Source of the DNA: Monocercomonoides exilis PA203
Taxonomy: Eukaryota; Protista; Preaxostyla
Direction: 5' to 3'
NCBI GenBank assembly: GCA_001643675.2
Contig: LSRY02000026.1
Location: 806,001-870,000 of the forward strand
Length of the DNA: 64,000 nucleotides
A program made the translations under genes and the position numbers. The notes beneath the pieces were generated by a model that worked only from the letters and a program-made list of their open reading frames with translations, ran no database searches and had not been told where the DNA came from. Shown here piece by piece: positions 10,866-24,507 of this stretch. Numbering within the stretch: position 1 is the first letter of the stretch; each line of letters starts with the position of its first letter.

Positions 10866-13446
10866 CTACAAAAATAATGCAAATAACAATATCAACAAAC
10901 AAACAAGAAACAAGCCCAAAACGATCTTTTTCCATTTCATATATCCCCATTTATCCAACTCTGCAAGCATTTCACTTTCCTCCACATATCCCAATGATTG
11001 TAAAGCATCCCTAGAAATTTCTCTATCTGAGTCATTTTCAAACTTCTTCAGTTGTTTTGTGTTGTAAGAATTCCTCTTCTTCAGTGCTGCAAACCCGATT
11101 CTCCTCAGCCGCCAGTCACTTGAACTCAGCAACTTCTTGTCAAACAGCTCATGGCGCTTCTCAAAGCAAGCCAGCCGGTTCATCAAGCACGAGTCTTGAG
11201 AAAATGCCAAGCTTTCTGCAAAAAGCGCAGCAACACTGCTGACAGTCAGCGCACTCTCCATCTCCTTCCTTCGGAGGAGAGAATCCAACACAGACGGCAT
11301 CTCAGGCAGTTCAGTCAGCGCAAACAAGAGGCGAACAGCCTCCTCAAAGAAAATGGGGATCTTAAACAGCTCGTCCATAACCGCTTTGCACAGATCGGAG
11401 AGCCGAAACGGAGGGAATCCATCAGACGTGTAGTGGGATATCGTGTTTGCAAATTTGTCCAGAAGCAGCTGGATCGCAATAACATTTCCCTTTCGCATTT
11501 CTCTCTGCAGAAACTCCACAACTACCTGCTTGTCTTCATTCAAAAGCAGACGACTCACGAGACAAGCTGCCAGCTCCCGCACTTTCTTCTGTGTATCTGT
11601 GGTAGCTTTGGCGCTCAAAATCTCAAAAAGTCTTCGAATTATCTTGTTTCTGGTGTCCAGCAATGAGGGAGAAGCATCTGCCATCAGCAAAGGAAGCATA
11701 AATGATTTCTTTTCTCTCTTTCTGTCTCCTGCAAAGAAAGCAGATGAGGAATCAGAAAGAGGAGAATTTCTTCTTGTAAACTCCTCCAGCGATGTGATTG
11801 GGACGTTGTGTTTCAAGTGATCGATAAGCGACTGATAACACAACTTTTCAGTTGGAACTCCCAAAAAATGAATGACGGGCACCTGATAATGTTCGAAAGC
11901 TGTCTTCAATATGGCTGGCGAGCTGTGGCTTAAAGCTAGCAAAAACAGATGCAAAAACCAGCTGCCGAGTGTTTGTCTTTCCTTGTTGAATGCCAAAAGC
12001 TCAGCCATTCTTTTATCAGAATTAATAGGTTCTTCCAAAGATCGCATTTCTGGATTTCCTTCTGCTTTGTCCAATGATAAATCGTCGTTTTCTTCTTTCT
12101 TTTCATATTCTCCCTTCTTATCCTCTTCGCTTTCATCAAGCTTACCAACTACCTCCTCACACACATCCTTTGAAGAACTATATCCCTTCCTTTTTCTCGA
12201 ATGAATTATCTTCCACAAGTTTTGTTTGTTTAGAAATCCGATTGGAATAGCAGCAGCAACACACTCCTCCTCATCACTCAGAATGGCATCCTCCATCGCC
12301 TCCCACGTCTCCCGGCACATCAGAAAACGCTGCTGCAGATACGACAGCACAATCACAAACACATCCCGGTGCAGCCCTCTGATGCGCGATACAAGTTTCA
12401 CATGCCTCTCTGCCTCTATTTCCCTCTTCTTCTTCAAGTCCTGCCAGTGTTTTTCGCGCGTCGATAGCAAACCAAGCAGCTCCTCAAACACTCTATCGTC
12501 GTCCTTCACAAGACTCAGCAGCCGCACTTTCTCCTTCACCACTGCCACTTTACCCATTGGAATTGACCGGATAAACTTCAGCTTTTCGTCTTCTCCCATC
12601 AAATGCACCGCCCTCGTCAGCATCATTGCACACACTCGACTGCGGTCAGCGTCGTGCAAAAGATCAAACATCACCTCCGGAATGACATTCACATCGAGTC
12701 TGTTGAGCGCCATGATCGACGCGGTGTATGCAATCTCCCTGTCGTCTGCCCGCGCAAGTGTCACTAGGCGCCCTGGTGTGATGGCAGGCAGCAGGGAAAG
12801 CTGCTTAATGGCTTGGCACAGCTGCTCTGTGGAAATCAACACGTCACTTTTGTCCTCGTCGTTCTCGATGATTTTGTCGAGTTCTTTTGCAACACGCTCT
12901 TGTTGGGAGGAAGAGGCGACGACAAGAGGAGATTTGAATGGAAGAATGAAATCAGCCAGTTTGTTGTTGAAATTGACTTGTGAGATTGAAGGAGAAGGAA
13001 ACGATAAAGCATCTTTCTCTGGAAAAGCGGAAGAAGATGACGAAGAAGAAGAGGAAGAGGAAAAAGAAGACGAGGAGGAAGAAGAAGATGAAGAAGATGA
13101 AGCTGAATCCGAAGAAAAAGCAGAAGCAGAAGCAGAAGCAGAAGCACATGTCGAGCCTGATAAAGCGTCAATCCCCTGAAAATGAGCATTTCTGTAGCTC
13201 GTCTGAAAATCATTTGCAAATCTTCCCTCAATTTTGTCAATCACAATGAAATCGCCAAGCAGGCTTTGCTTTTCTGTTAACAAGAAATGCGGAGTTTCTT
13301 TCAAAAGCACCCAACTTTTGTCTTCTTTTAGATGGTGTATGAGAATGTCCTTAACACGCTTCTCTGGAATGAACGTTGATGATGATGATGATGATGAAGA
13401 AGAAGAAGAAGAAGAAGAAGAAGAAGAAGAAGAAGAAGAAGAAGAA

Positions 13447-13483
<37 letters not shown>

Positions 13484-16400
13484 TTGAAGAAGAAGAAGGA
13501 GAAGAAGAAGAAAATTTTGAAGAGTTAGACAAAGCAATGCAAGACTTGCTATCAAAAAACTGGCATTTGCTCTTCAAAACATTCAACTCTGCATCTCCAA
13601 TCGCAAACTTCTTCGTTCTGTTCATTTCTTCAATAGCAAAATCTGCTTCTTTCAGTCTTGTGGCTGAATTCAACCAGTTTTCCAGAGCAATCCAACGCTT
13701 CACGTTCAAACTGCAGTCAAAACGAGACAGCAATTCGAGTGTGGCCAGCAAACGCTGCATTTTTTGTCTTCTTTCATTCATCGCATAATTTGCTTCCTCC
13801 AAAGTCGTTTCATTTTCTTCTTCGAAATCATTTTTGCATTCAATTTTCGACTTTTGAATTATTTTGGCTTCGTCCAAATGCGAAAAAAGAAGAGAAATGA
13901 GCTTTGCACCTGCCTCGGCTGAAAAACGATGGCAAACTCGTTTCAAAACACTGACAAACTCCTCACAAAGACTGAAAAACGGGTAATTCACAATTTTCTC
14001 CATCTCCTTCAACGCTTTTTCTTCATTCACAAGCATGCACAGCAACAAAGCACCAGCCATGAGCTGAATTGAAACTATTTCAAAAATTCCACCATCAGGA
14101 TTTGCGAGAATACCAACAAATTCGCAGCACTTCTCAATAAACAGCTGCTGCTGCTTTTTTGAGCTGGCTCTGATCGCCTTGACAGGTAGCCACAGTACAG
14201 ACGAAAGCAAACGGGTGCGATAGTTGTAAGACTGACCCGGCATTTTCATTGCCATTTTCATCGCATCGCCCACGTGATCACTCCACAGCTGTGCGCAGCT
14301 AAACAGCTGGAGAACAGCTTCTTCCACATCTTTCTTCTTCAGCGGGTCTTTCTCCTTCATATAATGTCTCACCAGTCGGATGCTCGTGCTCCACTTCGAA
14401 CGGGCAATGAAAAACGTGAAGACATCATTGCTCAGCGGAGGATAGGAGCACCAAACAGAAGGAGCTCTGTTCAGAGCAGCTAAATACTTCCTTTGCTCTT
14501 TGATGGGCAAGTGACGCTCCACATATTGTGGGACGTTGCTTGCGCCCTTGCATTGAAATTTAAACTCTCTCGGATATTTTCGAATGATATCCAAAACACG
14601 CCGCCGTTTCATCTTGTTCAAAAATTCTTTGTCAGCTAGGTTTATGTATTTTATTCCTGTCTTTTTGTAGAGAAGCATCAGCCGATCGAAGTCAGCTTCA
14701 GACAGTTTGTGAGCAAAGCAGTTGAATCTTGAATATGTTGGCGGAAATTTCAGACAACCATTTTTTCTCTGGAGATCGAATCTGCTATTTGGCGGAGCAT
14801 ATAAATAAGGGACATTGCAATCTTCAGCATCTTCTGAATAAGAGCTATCTTCGGAGAAATATGAGCAATCGGAGAAATCTGAATTGTCTGAATAATCTGA
14901 ATAATCCGAGTCATCCTCATCGCTGTCTGCTCTATTTCTTTGATCTTTCTTCTCCCTCCTTCTCATAGCTTTCCCAAACTCGGCTGTTCCATCTTTGTTT
15001 CGTTCCCAATGCCCCCGCCGTTCGTGGAACACGGCTGACAGAACCTCTGCGGTGCCACCTCTCCTCCTCAGAACATCTGAAGACCCAATCTCGTCGGCAG
15101 CACTGGGAGTGATCAGAGAAGAAGTGAATGAAGAAGAAGAGGAAGAGGAAGAAGAAGAAGATGATGATGATGACAACGACAACGATTCCTCAAATAAATC
15201 TTGATAATCTTCTGATTGAACAAATTTCCTACCTTCAGAGCAGTTTAATAATTGGTGTTCATCTCTATGGTTTTCCTGACGATTGATACTTATCTCATCT
15301 TCCTCATCTTTCTCTCCAAACAAATCATCTCCATCCTTTTCAGCCAATAAACTTCCTCTTTCTGATTTTTTCTTTTTTTTCACAGTTTTCAGATTTATTT
15401 CTGTTTTTGCATTTTTCCTTGCATCTTTCAGCATCTCTTTCGCTCTTTTCACGAAGGCTCTTCTATTCTTTGTGTACTCTTTCTCCTTCTGCATCAGCTC
15501 CTCCGCAACATCAAGCATCAACGATGGCATATGCCTCCCCACACAGCTTATATCCACACTGCCCCACAGCAACACCTCACATAGCACAGCCAAAATGCGC
15601 TTCACACACAGCTGCTCTTCGGCAGACGCGGAAATTTTGGGGTCCTTCAAAACTTCAGGCAGCATGACATTGACGGAAAGCTGAAGTTGGTTCGTTAACC
15701 TTCGCAGAGGGGACATTCCCATACGCTCCAGCTGAGCAGCATTCCAAGCACGCAGGTCGTCGAAATAGAAATAAATACCAAAAACAACCTCGTGAAGACT
15801 CGGATATGCATTGTCGAAGCTGATGTTGCTTCCACCATTTTTGTCTCTGTCTCTTTCTCCTTTCAGCTTCAGTCTAATGATCTCTTGTATCGCTGCCTCA
15901 CAATATTCTTTCTGTTTCTTCACCAGCAGCGAACGGTACGACAAGCAAACACGCGCAACACAATGAAGGAAGGCCTTGGGATTTTTCTTTGCGATCATTC
16001 GGATATCCGAACTTGAGCCATGGCTAAGGATTATCGGAATCATTGCATCAATCAATTGATCAGAGCAATAAGCCAAAAACTTCAAATAAAATATTTGCTC
16101 CTTTTCATTGAATGTTTTATAGGCCAAATCATTAAGAGCAACAGAATTAACTGGGATATTTTCCTCGGGATCAAAAGAAGATTGGCGATATTTAGGAAGT
16201 GGGATAAGTGAATCTTGAATCGTTGATGAGTTTGCTTTCTCAAAGTCATTGTCATTCTTTTGGCAATATCTTTCCTTTTTTGAAAATCGATGAATTTCGG
16301 AAGCAATTTTGAATTTAAAGTGCATAGAACAATCTTTAAATATATCAACAAATTGTTGAGACAATTCTTTCTTTTTTTCATCGGTTGATTGCGAAAATAA

Positions 16401-16760
16401 CAAACATAATGTTTGTGCATAATTTGTTGCTGCTGAGCTTTTGACTATGAAAGAGTTATCCTTTAAAGAACGTTTAAAGTGAAGCAAATCTCTGCTACCA
16501 ATACACGAATATAAGCTTAAAAGTCGTTGTGAAAAATCACCTTCATTCTCCATTTGTAATAACATGTTTCGAACATCTTTACAAGTCGCTTCAATGGTCA
16601 AAGTGCATTTGTCAAAACATTTCCTTGAACTTTTTTCAATTTCTGAGCCAAATTTTCCAAGATAAATCATAATTTTTATGCGAATTGCATAATCCATTTT
16701 TTCAAAATGAGATAATAATATTTCTCCGGTTGTATAAGGTAAAACATTGAATGAATACAT
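10866..16760 (-). CDS. Large intronless alpha-helical (HEAT/ARM-like) protein, 1964 aa, with poly-Ser inserts and a C-terminal TM anchor
   Basis: Uninterrupted 5.9-kb ORF with Leu/Ala-rich helical composition, ending in KKIVLGLFLVCLLILLFALFL*. The fold call is inference. Confidence 0.8.
13378..13512. repeat. Compound (GAT)n/(GAA)n microsatellite encoding poly-Ser on the minus strand
   Basis: Trinucleotide runs are directly visible and lie in frame within the 1964-aa ORF. Confidence 0.95.
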
Positions 16761-16898
16761 GAAAGAAATCGAATGAAAATTTTCGAAAATTTTTTATATG
16801 GGCCATACGGGTTTCGGCTTTTCTTTCAAGTTCTATTGTTATGATGTTGTATGTGAAGAGAAATATTAAGAAAATTAATAACTAACCCAAAACAAAAT

Positions 16899-18809
16899 AT
16901 GAGAAGTCAATCATCTACTTTTTTACTTTCAGTTTTAAGACCAACAACAGAGAGAATATCATCTTTCTTACCTTTAGAACGCTCATCAATTGCTATATTA
17001 GGGTATGGATTGTAAAAGTTATATTTTATACTTCGAATAACGCGATTATTTTAAGAACATCTATTGGAAAAATTTTTGTTGTTAATCTAACGACAAAAAG
17101 GATTATTCAGACAATTTCTCCGATAACTTTTTATCGTGCTTTGTATCCATTATTTCAAAAATCGCATCTTCGCTTCAATACCTCCATTCTGTCTCTTTCT
17201 TCAATTGATGAATCTTCGATTATAGTTCAATTAAGAAACGGCCAACTCTTTTTGATGAAGTACAATTCACGCGAACAAGTATCTGCAACATCTTCTTCTT
17301 CATTACGACTTGAGACGCATGATAATTTTCTTTCTGAACCTATTCCTTTGTTGAAAATTGCTTCAGGATGGGAGGTTGGCCCTTCTTTATCTTTTTGCAA
17401 AGGAAAATGGCTGCAAAATGTGAAGTGCTATCTTGCTCCACACAATCCCGGAGGAAAAGCGTTGGACAATATTGCTTCATCAAAATGTTTAGATGTTTTT
17501 TTGGATGACGATACGGCAACAATTGATCGTTTAAAACTTATACATCAAGTCGAACAGCCAAAGGCCCATCCGTATTTCTCAATGAATGATATTAATGATT
17601 GCGGTATGATTTTGTGCTGCGAGTGGTTGAATGTCAAAGGATTTGTTGATGATCTTGATGAGTCCGAAGATCATAATTCAAAAGATGATTTATCGAAAAC
17701 GAAAGTGCAAACAAAGCAAACTTCAGAATTCGAGCCGATTCAATCATTACAGTTGTCATCATTTTCTCAGCCTCCGCCCGAAGTGATTGCTTCTTCAATG
17801 GAAATGGACAAAAAAAAAGTCAAAACAGCATCATTAGAAAAGTCTTTGCTGTCGATTTTCCCTCAAACACAGTTTATTGTTGCAGGATTTGAAGATGGTA
17901 CAGTCAGAATTTACTCTCCACGTGCAAAAAAATGGATGGCCTCAATTCTTCTTTCGCAACAATTTGACCAGAAGTATCCTGATGAAGGCGAACTTTCTTT
18001 TCATTCAACTTCTGAATCACTTTCTTCTTCCTCCTCCTCTTCTTCTTCCTCCTCCTCTTCTTCTTCCTCCTCCTCCTCTTCTTCCTCCTCCTCTTCAGAA
18101 TCATCTTCTTCTGCATCAGCATCTCTTCGCAGCGACTCATCGAGCACTGCAGAAACCCCCTCTGCAGCTGAAATGCCTCGTGGCACGCTCTCATCATCGT
18201 CTATCTTGGCCATAGCTGTTGACTCAGAGCACTTGAGGATTGTGGTCTCTCTGTCAAACAGCACCGTTGTGCTGGTCAAAATATGCCCTTCAGCTGGAGA
18301 CCTGGTTTTGCCTGTGTTCACCTCGCTTTCTCTCTCTTTGGCTGCGAGAGTGAAAATGGAATCGAATGTTACTTCACTCGCAATCAGAAGAGATGGGCTT
18401 CTGACGGCTGCTGGAATGACAAATGGAAAGTTTGTGAGGAAATTGATTGAAAGGAAAAAGAAAAGAAATGAATGAAAATTATAAATATTTATAAAAATGT
18501 GTTTTTAAAATAATACAAAAGTTGTGAATGAAATTTTATTTTATTTTATTTTTTATTTATAAATATATTATTGATATTTTTATAATCTGTGTTCGCATAT
18601 TCAACAGAATTCAGATATTTCAAACGAAGTCTCTCCGCCCAGTTGGGTTATTGAAGCACCATTCATCACACATATCTTCACTGCATTTCAGCGACACTCC
18701 ATTTGAAGGAGAAGAACGAATAAAATCGACAAAAGCTAAAAATGAATCAACTAATTCCTTTTTAATAAGCTCATCATTTGATTCTCAAATTGCTTTGTGG
18801 AACTTCTAG
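16899..18809 (+). CDS. WD40 protein, GNB1L/ASA1-like (3 exons)
   Basis: ATG at 16899 (MRSQSSTFLLSVLRP...), intron GTATGG...TTAAG at ~17003-17055, intron GTTTGT...AACAG at 18430-18607. Motifs AGFEDGTVRIY, SLAIRRDG..TAAG, LKHH...SL.F and SFDSQIALW match the GNB1L/ASA1 C-terminal pattern. Confidence 0.7.
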
Positions 18810-19954
18810 TGTATTCTCAGGACATTCACTCGCTTATTCAATTAGAAATTTATAGTATGGCAAAGAGGAATTATTTATTACATAAGGAAGAACAAGAAAT
18901 AATTCATTAGAGATTAAAGAATAGGATTGATATGAATCCAATTTCCATCAGCAAAGAACAGCTCAAAAAAGGACATAGCGAAAGCGTTTATGAAAATACT
19001 TGACTTGTCAAAGATTTATTGAGCCAATAAGTATTTTGAGCATCGAATTTCATTTTTTTGAATGAAAGAAATGGAAGGATGATGTGAAAGAATTGTTTGA
19101 CGGAAATCAGACTGTAATTGAATATGAAAAGAAAGCTTTCTGACATTTCATATTGAAGCGATGCATTTCTGGTTGCGCACTCGCTTCGTCGCGAGATCAA
19201 ACAGAATTTGATTGTGAAAGATAAGAGTATTTCGATTCATCAGAAGCCTTGGATCTATTCATTGGATGAAAATTTCACAATTTACTGATGGTTTCAAATC
19301 AGAGCATTATTGCGCTTGCGTATTTGAGGAACAATAACAAAGTCATAAATGTTATTGTTTAAGACAAATTCAGAAGTATTTTTTTTTAATTTTTTTTTTA
19401 TTTTTTAGGTAGTAGTAGTTGTTGTTTAAAAATTATCTTTAAACAACTTAACACTTTTTATTTTCTTTTTTTCATTAACTTTTAAACTTCACCATGACTT
19501 TATCTATCTGAGGATGTCAAAATTATAATTATTGTAATTTTGTATTTGTCATTTTCTAGTTTAAACTAATTATTTGCCAAAGATCTTTAAAGAAAAAAAT
19601 AGAATATTCTCGCATCAATTCAAATAAATGCAAATTTTGAAATGTCAATGTCAAACAGAAATTCTCAAGTTGATAAAATTTGGACAATGCATAACAGTGT
19701 GAGAAATCATAATCAAAAAATGAAAAGAAAAGAAAAGAAAAAACATTTTTCGTAGTTTTTATAAAAAATTTTCTTTAATCACTAACCATTTCCAAGATAA
19801 TTGTTTTTCCTTTTTTTCATGCATTATTAGAAGCAGTTAAATCCTGAACAATTTCATTGAATATGATCAACATCTGTTTAAATCACGTTTTAAAATGAAA
19901 GAATATATTTTTTTCATTCATATTTCATTGCGAAAAATCGCAGGGCAAAATAAG

Positions 19955-20208
19955 TTTGATTATTTTTGAAATCATAACATTTTTCGGAATATGTGGAATA
20001 TTCTAATTCGCAGTTGTTTGCAAAAGAATTTTATAAAAAGAGTAACATGTTTTTGAGTTATTGCCTATTAAATGCATGTTTTCATTGAAAGACAGAGAAG
20101 TTCATTTATGATTTCAATGAAATTATTAGAATGATTTCTAAGTGTTTGTTACAAAATCTTCATTCGAAAGTTTTTATTGGAAAAATATGGAATCAAAAAG
20201 AATCACCA
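19955..20208. mobile_element. Degenerate MITE, short ~250-bp family
   Basis: Left end TGATTATTTTTGAAATCATAACATTTTTCGG matches 29/31 to the reverse complement of 57729-57759. An imperfect inverted partner ends ...ATCAAAAAGAATCACCA at 20208. Confidence 0.55.
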
Positions 20209-20460
20209 ACATATATGTGTGATAATTTTTTAAAACCATAACTTAATTCAGAAAAAAAATTATTAAATGGATTTTTTGTCAAATAGAATCAATTTATCAT
20301 TGAAAGGTGAAAATCATTTCAATTGTTTCAAAAGCCTATACACAAAAAATATTCAAAGTCGAAAATCATTCAATCAAAATCAAAAATTTTTCAAAAAAAT
20401 AAATAAATTAAAATATTATTTGAAATATAAAATAAAAAAATAATAAAAAAACCTTTTATA

Positions 20461-20702
20461 TGTGTAATTCTTTTTGAAAAGTCGCAAATGTTAAATTATC
20501 AAATAAATCAAAAATTTCATATTTGGCTCAAAATTTTGTTAACATTAACCAAACTTCACTTGAATGGAATCTATTTCTGGATAATGCTATTTCACACATT
20601 CAAAAGAAGATTCGTAAGTGAAAACGATAATTTGAACAAAAAATGAAATTTTTGATTTATATGTAAATAATACATTTGCGACTTTTCAAAAAGAATTACA
20701 CA
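20461..20702. mobile_element. MITE with TA flanks (242 bp)
   Basis: Perfect inverted repeat TA-TGTGTAATTCTTTTTGAAAAGTCGCAAATGT (20459-20491) against 20672-20704. Inner pairing TAAATCAAAAATTTCAT/ATGAAATTTTTGATTTA. No ORF. Confidence 0.85.
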
Positions 20703-21473
20703 TAAAGAGAATTCAAGTGAGGAACAATATTACACTTTAAAATCAGTTAATATTTTTTCAACGTTTGAATTGTTGTTTTCTGCAATTTAAAAAGATTCGG
20801 ATCAATATTAACTCAAAAAACACACTCGAAACAAATTTTTGAACATTAATGTCCTTCAATAAAAAAAGTGTTTTTTGTTGGAAAAAACACGTTGTAAGAT
20901 ATCCAATACTGTATTCTTCATTCATTAAAAGATATGCAAAAAAAAAAAAAAAAAAAAATCGGAAAAGAGATGAAAAATCATCAATTAAACAAAAGTCATT
21001 GATATTTCAAAAATAACAACGTTTTTTTGACTTTTAGAGATTTTAGTCAACTTTTTGAAAATTTGAAGTTTTTAGAAACAATCAACTTTGCTTGAAAGTT
21101 TTTCGATTTAGTATAATTTTATGGTGAATTTTTCTGAAACACTAACACAAATAGAATTTCCAGAATGAAAGTTTCAATTGTTTTCATACGAAAACATACA
21201 CGACAATAATTTCTTCATTATAACAAAACACGCAGTTATCAAAAAATTTTCATATTTTGATTTTTTGAAATCAGAAAAAACAGTAAGCATCAATTCGGTT
21301 TTTCTTTAACACTTTCATTTTTGAATTTTTTATAACCTTGTTGTAACAAAAAATATTTGAACTGTTTCAAAAGTTATCATCAACCAACATAGCAAAAAAT
21401 GAAAAATATCAGACAAAATCGAAATTGAAATGAATAATAATAACCTCAAACTACCATTATAAATTTTATTTCA

Positions 21474-22310
21474 ATGAGTGAATTTGATAAGGGGCTTGTT
21501 GTGCGCACATCAAAATTGCTTTCATATATTCTTAGACATGGAGCACATAAAGAAGGGATACCAATTACGGGAGATGGATGGGTGAAGTTGGATGATTTGC
21601 TTCAGAATGAAGAATTTAAAAAATTAAATATTGACGAAAATTTCATAAAATATGTTGTCGACACTAATGATAAACAAAGATTTAAAATGGAATATAACAG
21701 TGAGCTTGACTCAATTTGTATCAGAGCCAATCAAGGGCACTCTATTTCTTCAGTTTGATTGTTTTTATATTCCAATGATTTTTACGAATTCATAATTGAA
21801 ACAGGTTGAAGTTGAACTGAAAAAAGTAACATCTCCAGAAGAAATTCCTGTTGTTGTTCATGGAACATATGCTCCTGCATGGGAAAAGATTAGGACTGAA
21901 GTTTGAATCAAAGATTATTGTTTTCACCTTTTATTCATCCGTAACATAAAGGGTCTTAAGACAATGACACGACAATACGTACATTTTGCATCAGGCCTTC
22001 CTGGAGAATCTGGCGTTATTTCTGGTTTGTTTTTGATTTTTTCAAAATTTCAAAAGATCTGAAAATTTTACAAAAGGCATGAGAGGCTCTGCAAATGTAT
22101 TGATATACATTGATGTTGAAAAGGCAATAAAAGGTACAAAGCTTTTTTTTCTTTTTTGTTTGAAAGATTAATTGCAAATAATTTCATAAAGCCGGCATCG
22201 AGTTTTTCATCAGCGAAAATGGAGTAATTCTTTCAAAAGGAATTGAAGGAACAATTCCACCATGCTATTTTCTAAAGGTTACAAACCGTAAAGGAGAACA
22301 AATAGAGTGA
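21474..22310 (+). CDS. TPT1: tRNA 2'-phosphotransferase (Tpt1/KptA), 5 exons
   Basis: Motifs SKLLSYILRHGA, DGWV, DKQRF, IRANQGHS, HGT, GLKTMTRQYVHFA, GVISGMR, SENGVILS. Introns at 21753-21804, 21901-21951, 22025-22076 and 22134-22191 restore a continuous frame to TGA at 22310. Confidence 0.95.
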
Positions 22311-22846
22311 AAAAAGAATTGATGCAAAACGAATGATGGAATATTTGAAAATTGTTGTACAGTCATAACTTTTTTATCGTAAATTATTTATTAATAGGTA
22401 ATTGAGGGTCTTTTATTTATAGTATCATTGGGAGATCTTATTGTATTTAATATTTTGTTGAATAAAATTTTCGTTCTGTTATAATGCGTCTTATTTTATG
22501 TCTTTTTCCATTTAAAAAAAAGAAAAAAATATTAAAAAGAAAAAATTTCAACTTTGAGACAAAATTTCTTGAAAAAAAGATACAGTTTCAATAATACAAT
22601 AGGAGAATATAACAATACGACATGCCTTTGACATCTGTTGAATTTTGCATTTTCCCTTTCAAACTTCAATTAAACACTCAAAGGTTAACGGGATTTCTCT
22701 TTTAAATAAGCATTGCTTTGAAAAGAAAATGCAAACACCTTCTTCTTTTCATGTGAGATGTTGGATCATTGATTATTCATCAACAGACACAGATTTTCGC
22801 ACTGAAAAAAACAGATGAATATAAACGACACTCGAAAACAACCTAT

Positions 22847-24507
22847 TCACTCAATTCCAACAGCTCTCCTTACAGCGCTGCAAATCAGCAAATATGGATT
22901 CAGAAAGTCGCTTTCTTTGTCTTCGTCGTCTTCTTCCCACTTGCTCGTCTCGTCTTTTCCTTCTTCTTCTTCTTCTTCTTTCTCATCGCCAGCTCCTTTC
23001 TTTCCCTCCTTCTCATTCCCCTGCTTATTTCTGTCTTTCTTCTCTTCACTTGCTTTCTTCTTCTTCTTCTTCAGCGAGGCAAACAAGTCGATGTGGATGT
23101 GTTTCTTTCGCGTCTGAAACATCTTCTTCTTCTCTTCTTCTGTCAGAATGACTTCTGACACATCCCACAGCGTCTTCGTGAGGGTTGCCGTCGACGCGGG
23201 ATGCAGCGGCACAGGAATGGCAATGGTTGTATGCGGATTGGCTGTGGGAAACAGAAAATGCGAAGAAAGCTGCGAAGAAAGCTGCGAAGAAGAGGATAAA
23301 CCAACAGACGATGCAGAAGATGAGGCAAATGAACAGGAGCATTTATCAGGCTCAGCAAAGGAAGAGGGAGGCACATATGCAGGTGTCGGCTCTTCCTCCA
23401 GGAAAGGCTCTGATTGGAGAGGAGGTGGAGGCGGAGCAGCAGCAGGCGAAGGAAGCACAAGCGCTGGAAGACACTCACTCAGCTCCATCCGCTTTGCATC
23501 GCTTTTAGCCAACGCAAACAGCGAACTCTCCACCTCTCCAACAAACTCCAAAAGCCTGAACAGTATAGTCATTCCACACAGGTGAAAGCAAGCCATTTCG
23601 ATGCGAATTTCATTAACAACGAATATTTGCATGCATCATTTGTGCCCAATAAAACAAAAGATCAAAAAATCAAACAAAAAATTATCAGAAATATAATTTT
23701 CTAATCATAGTGCTGAAACCATTGCATTTCTTCCGATAAAATAACACGCGTGTGATAAACAGGTTTTATCGAAGCGAAGTGTGATGCAATTTGAGGGCAG
23801 AGACTCGGAGCAACAATCTTTAGCGAATGCTTCAAAAAAAAAAGTTTGAGGGATTTTAAAAAACAGCGATGCTCCATACATTCAGAAGGACAAGCTGATA
23901 TCCGATGTATCGAAAGCGCGAGCAGCGCGATGGTTCGGACATGTGCTGAACAATATTTGCAGCAATTGCTTCACACATCTTCACCGCATTTGTCATTTCT
24001 GTCAAATACTTGAAGTATTGACTCCACACGCCTTCTCCCACAGTCGTTTCCGGAGTGTTAGACAAAATAGGGAACATATCAAGAATCCCAAGTTCTTTTA
24101 ACGCTTTCTTTCAAAATAGGAAAAAAAGAAAATCAATCAGCAATAAAAAATATAAATTCCATCAAACATCAGAATTTTTGAATCTTCCAGATTCACAACA
24201 AATCTCCTGGATATTCAAAGACAACGAATCATCATATTCTCCGAAAAGTGTTTCGTGCTCCAAAATCCTTTGCTCTCTCACAAAATGCAACTGGCAGCAC
24301 AATGGAAGGAGTCGTCTATGCATTGCTGCTAAATCCCCGCATTTCATTACCTGTCCTATAAAAATACAAATAGAAACAATTTTCATTTGTGTCGATTCAA
24401 CAACAATTTATATATTATAATTCTGTTAAAAAAACATAAAATTACCAACCTTTAAATTCCTCCGACTTATAAGCACTATCGCATTTTTCCTCACATTTCT
24501 GAAGCAT
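22847..24507 (-). CDS. Hypothetical protein, 5 exons, with Pro/Ser-rich and Lys/Glu-rich C-terminal half
   Basis: ATG at 24507 (MLQKCEEKCD...). Four GT-AG introns join the track ORFs 24162-24386 and 23856-24077, an exon at ~23720-23829, and 22847-23556 in frame. Confidence 0.65.

Noticed and set aside
12226-13788. Poly-E/D/H/L ORFs overlapping the 1964-aa gene
   Set aside because: Alternative-frame readings of poly-Ser microsatellites.
18850-19340. Moderately GC-rich stretch after the WD40 gene with a 70-aa ORF
   Set aside because: No motif or supportable gene structure.
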